A stretch of DNA of 64,000 bases from an uncultured Caldisericales bacterium. Its GTDB lineage: Bacteria > Caldisericota > Caldisericia > JAAYUI01. Position numbers and translations under genes: made by a program. The DNA lies in contig CAZTGD010000008.1 in the NCBI GenBank assembly GCA_964613055.1, forward strand, positions 70 to 64,069. The letters are read 5' to 3'. Shown here piece by piece: positions 58,223-64,000 of the stretch (within the stretch, counting starts at the first letter, position 1; the number at the start of each line of letters is the position of its first letter). The notes below the pieces were generated by a model. That model was not told the DNA's origin. It made no database searches and saw only the letters and a program-made list of their open reading frames with translations.

Positions 58223-59219
58223 CCTATACGAGAAAGCAGGTGTATCTCAATCCAAGGGTGATGACTTTGTAGATAGCATAAAATCAATTGTCGACTCAAC
58301 AAAGACTGCTGGGGTACTTGGTGATATCGGTGCTTTTGGTGGTATGTTTGAAATCCCCTCCGGTTACAAAGAGCCAGTGCTGGTATCAAGTACTGACGGT
58401 GTAGGCACAAAAGTACTGCTCGCAATTGAGATGAACAAACACGACACAATAGGTATTGATTGTGTTGCAATGAACGTAGACGATATCATTTGTAGTGGAG
58501 CAAAACCACTGTATTTTCTTGATTACATAGCGCTTGGAAAACTCAATAAGAGAGTTGCATACGATATCGTAAACGGTGTGGTTGAAGGATGTAAGCAGTC
58601 TGGTTGTTCTCTAATCGGTGGAGAGACAGCTCAGATGGGTGATATGTATGCAGAGAACGAATATGACCTTGTTGGATTCGCTGTTGGAATCGTTGAGAAA
58701 TCAAAGATAATCGATGGTTCGAGCGTTTGTGATGGAGATGTCATAATCGGACTGCCGTCATCTGGACTCCATTCAAACGGTTACACACTTGCAAGAAAAG
58801 TGCTATTGGAGAACTACAAACTAGACTCTACATTTCCAGGTATACCACATCTGGGTATGGCTATGCTTGAACCCACAACTATATATGCTCCATACATTCT
58901 CAAAATGATTTCTGTTGTTGATGTGCATGGAATAGCACACATAACTGGTGGCGGTCTCATTGATAACATTCCCAGAGCAATACAATCCGGCACTGCCATA
59001 ATCGATAAAAAACTCATTCAGATTCCACCAATTATTGATTTGTTTACAAGGGAAGCAGACATGGATGTTGAATCAGCATATCGAACTTTCAACATGGGTA
59101 TTGGCATGGTGGTGATTGTTCCAAAGAAATATGCTAATAAAACTTTTGCATTATATCCTGGAGCACGGATAATTGGAAGGATAGAGGGTGATTGCAAACC
59201 CTCCGTTGATATTGTCTGA
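58215..59219 (+). CDS. purM: phosphoribosylformylglycinamidine cyclo-ligase (AIR synthetase)
   Basis: AIRS N/C domains (…DGVGTKV…). 334 aa. Confidence 0.95.
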   Translation: MADLYEKAGVSQSKGDDFVDSIKSIVDSTKTAGVLGDIGAFGGMFEIPSGYKEPVLVSSTDGVGTKVLLAIEMNKHDTIGIDCVAMNVDDIICSGAKPLYFLDYIALGKLNKRVAYDIVNGVVEGCKQSGCSLIGGETAQMGDMYAENEYDLVGFAVGIVEKSKIIDGSSVCDGDVIIGLPSSGLHSNGYTLARKVLLENYKLDSTFPGIPHLGMAMLEPTTIYAPYILKMISVVDVHGIAHITGGGLIDNIPRAIQSGTAIIDKKLIQIPPIIDLFTREADMDVESAYRTFNMGIGMVVIVPKKYANKTFALYPGARIIGRIEGDCKPSVDIV

Positions 59220-59836
59220 TGATCCGAAACAGAATCGCAGTTCTCGTATCAGGAAGGGGATCGAATCTTATGGCTTTACATCAAGCCATAATAGATAGAA
59301 AGCTTGATGCAAAGATAACAATTGTCATATCCAGCAGAAGCAATGCAAAAGCACTTGAATACTGCAAAGAAAACCATATTCCTCATAAAGTATTCAATAA
59401 GAAAAACTATCCAAATAGAGAGTCATTATTCTCGGACATCTCTGATTGCATCGATAGTCATAAAGCTGATCTTATCGTGCTAGCAGGATTTATGCTTCTT
59501 ACTCCAAAAGAGTTTACCCAGAAGTATTTTGGTCGAATGGTCAATATTCACCCAGCTCTTCTCCCTTCGTTCCCCGGTCTTCATGCTCAAAAACAAGCGT
59601 TTGATTATGGAGTAAAGGTAACAGGCTGTACAGTTTTCTTCGTTGATGAGGGATGCGATACTGGTCCAATTATTATTCAAAAAACAGTTACAGTGCTTGA
59701 AAAAGACACAGAGGACTCTCTGTCATCAAGGATACTTGAAGCAGAACATGAAACTATCTGGAGAGCATGCAAGCTTGTTCTTGACAGAAGAACTATCATA
59801 GAAGGCAGACGAATCAGAATATTGGAGGAACAATGA
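59219..59836 (+). CDS. purN: phosphoribosylglycinamide formyltransferase
   Basis: Formyl_trans_N with …NIHPALLPSFPGLHAQ…. 205 aa. Confidence 0.9.
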   Translation: MIRNRIAVLVSGRGSNLMALHQAIIDRKLDAKITIVISSRSNAKALEYCKENHIPHKVFNKKNYPNRESLFSDISDCIDSHKADLIVLAGFMLLTPKEFTQKYFGRMVNIHPALLPSFPGLHAQKQAFDYGVKVTGCTVFFVDEGCDTGPIIIQKTVTVLEKDTEDSLSSRILEAEHETIWRACKLVLDRRTIIEGRRIRILEEQ

Positions 59837-61344
59837 GATATACACTGGTATCCACCTACAACAAGGAAGGTCTCGAACCACTCATACGAGAGCTTGGATC
59901 AATGGGATACAGGGTCCTATCAACAGGCGGTACAGCCGATCATCTCAGAGAAATGGGTTTTCATATATCCGACATTTCAGAATACACGGGAAGCCCTGAG
60001 ATCCTTGGCGGTAGAGTAAAGACCCTCCACCCGAAGGTATTTTCTGGAATACTTTCCAGACGTGACAATGAAGATGATGCATGTGATCTTGAATCTATAG
60101 GTGCACATTCAATTGATATAGTTATCTGCAACCTGTATCCATTTAAAGAAACTATCTCAAAACATGACTGTAATCTTGAGGATGCCATTGAACAGATAGA
60201 CATTGGTGGAGTATCGTTGCTCAGGGCTTCTGCAAAGAACTATAAGGATGTAGTTGTTTTGAGTTCACCGTCCCAATATGAGGAGTTTATTGAGAGAATT
60301 CGAAACGGTCGATTCGATATGCAGTATAGAAAAGAGTTGGCAATCTCAGCTTTCAAACAGACAACGGAATATGATAACACTATAGCTCAGTACTTCATTG
60401 ATAATTCTGATTCTAGAAGTTCTGGTCTTTCGCAGGTAATCTATCCCAGGATAATCCAATCACTGAGATATGGTGAAAATCCTCACCAGCATGCTGATCT
60501 TTACTCACTTGATCTTTCAGAGATACCGATTGACAAGATTCAGGGGAAAAAGCTTTCATACAATAACCTACTCGATGCCGACTCCGCTTTGTCGGCAATA
60601 CTAGAGTTTGAAAAACCAGCATCTGTGATCGTCAAACATCTAACCCCAACCGGAATCGCTGTTGCTGATACAATTGAACAGGCATACCTTAATGCCTTCG
60701 AATGCGATAAGATATCACCATACGGAGGTATATTTGCATTCAATCGTGAATTGGATCTAGCTACTACAGAAAAAGTATCTAAGTTATTCGCTGAGATCAT
60801 CATTGCACCCAACTTTTCGGAAGAATCACTGTCGCTACTTTCAAAGAAAAAGAAACTCAGATTACTCACATATGATCCTCAGATGAAAGCAGATGGTATC
60901 TCTTTGAGAAGCACATTGTTTGGAACACTTGTGCAAACAAGGGATATGAGTCTGATTGAATCTATGGAAGTGGTTGGTTCAGCACCAGTATCCGAAATAG
61001 ACCTCAACGAGCTTGCATTTGGGATGACATGCGTCAAGCACGTCAAATCAAATGCTATAACACTTTCAAAGGGATTTGCCACGGTAGGAATCGGTGGAGG
61101 TCAACCCAATAGGGTTGGTTCCGCCAATATAGCCATCAGTCAAGCTGGAGATAAGACAAGAAAATCATATTTGGCTTCTGACGCATACATACCATTTTCA
61201 GATACGGTTGAGGTTGCACACAGGGCTGGAGTAAAAGCCATAATAGAACCAGGTGGTTCAATTCGAGACAAAGAAGTAATAGAAAAAGCCAATGAATTAG
61301 GTGTTGGTCTGGTTTTCTCTGGGCAAAGGCATTTTCGGCACTAG
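59833..61344 (+). CDS. purH: bifunctional AICAR transformylase / IMP cyclohydrolase
   Basis: N-terminal MGS-like domain (…STYNKEGL…LSTGGTA…) and a C-terminal AICARFT domain. 503 aa. Confidence 0.95.
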   Translation: MRYTLVSTYNKEGLEPLIRELGSMGYRVLSTGGTADHLREMGFHISDISEYTGSPEILGGRVKTLHPKVFSGILSRRDNEDDACDLESIGAHSIDIVICNLYPFKETISKHDCNLEDAIEQIDIGGVSLLRASAKNYKDVVVLSSPSQYEEFIERIRNGRFDMQYRKELAISAFKQTTEYDNTIAQYFIDNSDSRSSGLSQVIYPRIIQSLRYGENPHQHADLYSLDLSEIPIDKIQGKKLSYNNLLDADSALSAILEFEKPASVIVKHLTPTGIAVADTIEQAYLNAFECDKISPYGGIFAFNRELDLATTEKVSKLFAEIIIAPNFSEESLSLLSKKKKLRLLTYDPQMKADGISLRSTLFGTLVQTRDMSLIESMEVVGSAPVSEIDLNELAFGMTCVKHVKSNAITLSKGFATVGIGGGQPNRVGSANIAISQAGDKTRKSYLASDAYIPFSDTVEVAHRAGVKAIIEPGGSIRDKEVIEKANELGVGLVFSGQRHFRH

Positions 61345-63527
61345 GGTGTTGGAGTCATAAATTCAATGACCTTGATATAATCTCTAATATCAATATCTCC
61401 ACTCGAATCAAGGTCAAATCGGATATCCCAATCCGAGTCATCTGAGGTTCCCCCAAACTTAGTCAATAGCATGGACAGATCTACCATGTCGACATACCCC
61501 GAATGATTGAAATCAGCTCTGGATCGAGTTATCTCATCTTGGCTTATGAGTAAAACGATATCTCGTGGTAATGAACAAAGGTCATTCATCTCATCAGTAA
61601 CACTAAGGTTAGATAATTTTATCTTCGTATGTTCAAACTCACTCTTGGCTCGAAAATGTAGAGATGCAATGCTTCCTGTTTCTGAATCTCTAAACTGTAT
61701 CAACGCCATACCAAAGAAGTTATCGGTGTAATGCCAACTATCCATTTGTTCATCGGTTGGAAATGTAATTCCTTCAAGTTTTAGCAGAGAAGGATCATAT
61801 TTAAATGTGACATTTGATTTTTCAAATGGCTTGCTTGCTTTTATGTCGATTTCAAATGTTCTGTAAGGAGCAATATTCTCAGGTATGGTGCTGTATATAA
61901 AATCGGCTTGTTCAGCTTGATGAATGTCTAGGAATAAGCTCTTCCTTATTCTACCTGTATCTACATACTGGTATACCAACCATTCCCGTCTTCCCAAATC
62001 AACATCATCAGGTATCTCAATCTCGATCCTCCATTTAGCATTTTCATGGTCAATCTCTATCTCTGGAAATGCCCAGATCATATCTTCCTTTGCTGGGAGT
62101 ACCTGGAAGCGATCGTTTTTTGAAATATCTCCACTAATATCCCCCTCCCACAATGCCGTTCCACCAGCCTCAACATGTATTGTTGGTTCATTTATCGAAA
62201 TCCAACTCGATTCATCTCCATCTATCAATGTAACTGCAGGGTCCCCATACAGATTATAATTAAATATATTCATTTGTGATGCTTCAGGTGGATCCTCAGT
62301 GTCACCCCAGAAATAATCAGTTGAGAATTTATATAATGAATCAGCGAGTGCCTGACCCGTAGTCATCCCAGTTTGAGTGATATTCTTGGTAAACAGATAG
62401 TATATTGTATCCATACCTCCATCCTCTGGTTTCTTCCAAAATGATGGTCCCCAGGCAACATTAGTTGAGCCGATATAACTTGCGCATCCGGCTCTAAGTG
62501 ACATTGCTCCAAGATTGTAGAGCATTCTAGGATTACTCGTGCTACAGGAGGCGGCAAGAACTATCCCCCAGTTGAGATCGACACGCTTTAAATCATTTGA
62601 GTGGATCATTTTAGGTTGCGATATTTGATCGTCTTCAGGAATTCCAATAACATTTTGATTTGTATTCCACACAGTTCTTACAACGCGATTTGGACTTCCA
62701 TGCCCAGTCAAGCATACAAAACCGAATCTGTCATTAAACCTTTCCTCCAGTATATCATTGTTTAAGGGTTCTTCACATTCATATGGAGATTTTAGAAGTC
62801 CTTCTTTTTCATACATCCTGTGAGGTGTGAAACCTCTGTACCTAAAAAAATCTTCATATATCAATTCAGAAAACTCTCCACCATCTCCTCGTTCCATCGG
62901 CACACCATCCCACAGCTGATTTTTATAGCTCAAAATCCCAGCAGGGAAGAGTATCTTCGATCTCTGGGCATCAGATAGTGAACTGAATTCGCATATATTG
63001 GATACGCAATCAGAGACATTCTCATTATCATCAAAGGGAATCCTCCCTACATATATCTCTGGTTCATATGAGGCTATCCCATCATCTCTGTATTCACCGA
63101 GATTCCCATCCTTGTCTCTATCCCATACAGCTGATGGTGTTGCATAGTAATAGTCCGTATATGTATTTCCAACCATCATATGAGATAAGTTATCTGGATC
63201 TGGCCTTGCCTCAAGCATGGGGATAGTTGAATTTGTTCCAACAATTAATAGGAACTTGAGATTCCACTCATTGAGGTGTTGTTTGACAAAATCCCGTATT
63301 ACCTTTGGATCAGGTTCTTCGGCAATATCTTCAATCTCTACAAAGTGAACAACTAAGCCATTGTTTTCCCTGAGTTCTATAAGTGGTTTTAGAGTCGATT
63401 TGTTGGAGGATGAGATTATCAGATAACCATTCATTTCACTAGATGTTGCACTTTGAAAACTGTCTGTAACATATATGCAAGTAACTGCTAATACTAACAC
63501 TACCGGATAGTAGAGAAGTCTTTTCAT
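61341..63527 (-). CDS. secreted peptidase C25 (gingipain)-family protein with a C-terminal type-I dockerin-like module
   Basis: Signal peptide. C25-like N-terminal catalytic-domain pattern (GYLIISSS…LKPLIELRENNGLVVHFVEIEDI…FLLIVGTNSTIPM…YVGRIP…), a His in …CLTGHGSPN… and a Cys in …LAASCSTSN…. The C-terminal segments DFNHSGYVDMVDLSMLLTKF and DLDSSGDIDIRDYIKVIEFM are Ca-binding dockerin repeats. Confidence 0.65.
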   Translation of the reverse strand: MKRLLYYPVVLVLAVTCIYVTDSFQSATSSEMNGYLIISSSNKSTLKPLIELRENNGLVVHFVEIEDIAEEPDPKVIRDFVKQHLNEWNLKFLLIVGTNSTIPMLEARPDPDNLSHMMVGNTYTDYYYATPSAVWDRDKDGNLGEYRDDGIASYEPEIYVGRIPFDDNENVSDCVSNICEFSSLSDAQRSKILFPAGILSYKNQLWDGVPMERGDGGEFSELIYEDFFRYRGFTPHRMYEKEGLLKSPYECEEPLNNDILEERFNDRFGFVCLTGHGSPNRVVRTVWNTNQNVIGIPEDDQISQPKMIHSNDLKRVDLNWGIVLAASCSTSNPRMLYNLGAMSLRAGCASYIGSTNVAWGPSFWKKPEDGGMDTIYYLFTKNITQTGMTTGQALADSLYKFSTDYFWGDTEDPPEASQMNIFNYNLYGDPAVTLIDGDESSWISINEPTIHVEAGGTALWEGDISGDISKNDRFQVLPAKEDMIWAFPEIEIDHENAKWRIEIEIPDDVDLGRREWLVYQYVDTGRIRKSLFLDIHQAEQADFIYSTIPENIAPYRTFEIDIKASKPFEKSNVTFKYDPSLLKLEGITFPTDEQMDSWHYTDNFFGMALIQFRDSETGSIASLHFRAKSEFEHTKIKLSNLSVTDEMNDLCSLPRDIVLLISQDEITRSRADFNHSGYVDMVDLSMLLTKFGGTSDDSDWDIRFDLDSSGDIDIRDYIKVIEFMTPTP

Positions 63528-63650
63528 AATTCTATTCTAACAAAACAGAATAGATTAGCAATAACGAGAAGGTCACAAAATAATGAACTTGACAAGAGCG
63601 TTATTATAGTTCATAATTCAACAGTCTTAATATGAACAAGAGGGTAACCA

Positions 63651-64000
63651 ATGAGTGACATATCAACTGAAGAGATACTAGACGTTATTTTTGATCTTAA
63701 GCTTGCTCTTACAAAACATGTAAGCAGAGGTTTTCACAATCTGGGTGAAAAGAATGCTGGACATGGTAAGAAGAATTTTATTAAAACAATAGTAATTCTT
63801 TATAGAAAAGGACCACTTACTCCATCTGAGTTGAGTAAGTATATGGATTTGAGAAAGAGTACAATGACAGCAATCATCGACCTTCTAACCGATAAGAATT
63901 TCGTATCCGTCAGAAGTTCAAAAGATGACCGTAGAAAGAAGATTATTTGCCTTACAGATAAAGGTAAAATGCAAGCAGAAAAGAGAAAAGAAATAATTCT
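63651..64000 (+). CDS. MarR-family transcriptional regulator (3' end beyond the window)
   Basis: Winged-HTH pattern …ILYRKGPLTPSELSKYMDLRKSTMTAIIDLLTDKNFVSVRSSKDDRRKKIICLTDKG… with a GAGGGT RBS. Confidence 0.7.
   Translation, partial: MSDISTEEILDVIFDLKLALTKHVSRGFHNLGEKNAGHGKKNFIKTIVILYRKGPLTPSELSKYMDLRKSTMTAIIDLLTDKNFVSVRSSKDDRRKKIICLTDKGKMQAEKRKEII

Overview
The window is a 64-kb, AT-rich, densely packed chromosomal segment from a low-GC bacterium that reads with the standard code; no long ORF requires a recoded stop. Gene content and synteny (tmk-darA-holB-ricT, lepA-hemW, dockerin-bearing protease, copper-amine-oxidase-like stalk protein) resemble anaerobic Firmicutes/Clostridia-type genomes. 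Contents in order along the window:
- A frame-shifted PolX, pheST, and a radical-SAM/SPASM enzyme on the minus strand.
- A divergently transcribed pair of Roadblock/LC7 proteins, an RsuA/RluB-type pseudouridine synthase, a tRNA(CAU), a COG1579 zinc-ribbon plus RNase HI pair, rho, an asparaginase-like gene and AlaX.
- A contiguous 16.6-kb co-directional bioenergetic supercluster: an 11-subunit complex I (nuoABCDHIJKLMN, no nuoEFG) followed 6 nt later by an F-type ATP synthase operon (atpZ-atpI-B-E-F(b-delta fusion)-A-G-D-C). The c subunit carries a Na+-binding-like signature.
- HD hydrolase, yifB/comM, fmt, a phosphoesterase, a secreted stalk-domain protein, and radA.
- A cobalamin riboswitch controlling btuFCD, followed directly by an FMN riboswitch controlling a RibU ECF S-component.
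- The ricT-holB-darA-tmk block, two tandem class-A PBPs with unusual Cys-repeat C-terminal modules, topA, lepA-hemW, bioY, ackA co-oriented with purLMNH, a dockerin-tagged C25-family peptidase, and a partial marR.
No CRISPR arrays, transposases or phage genes were seen. All calls rest on motif recognition in the supplied translations and on manual reading of the DNA; no database search was run.
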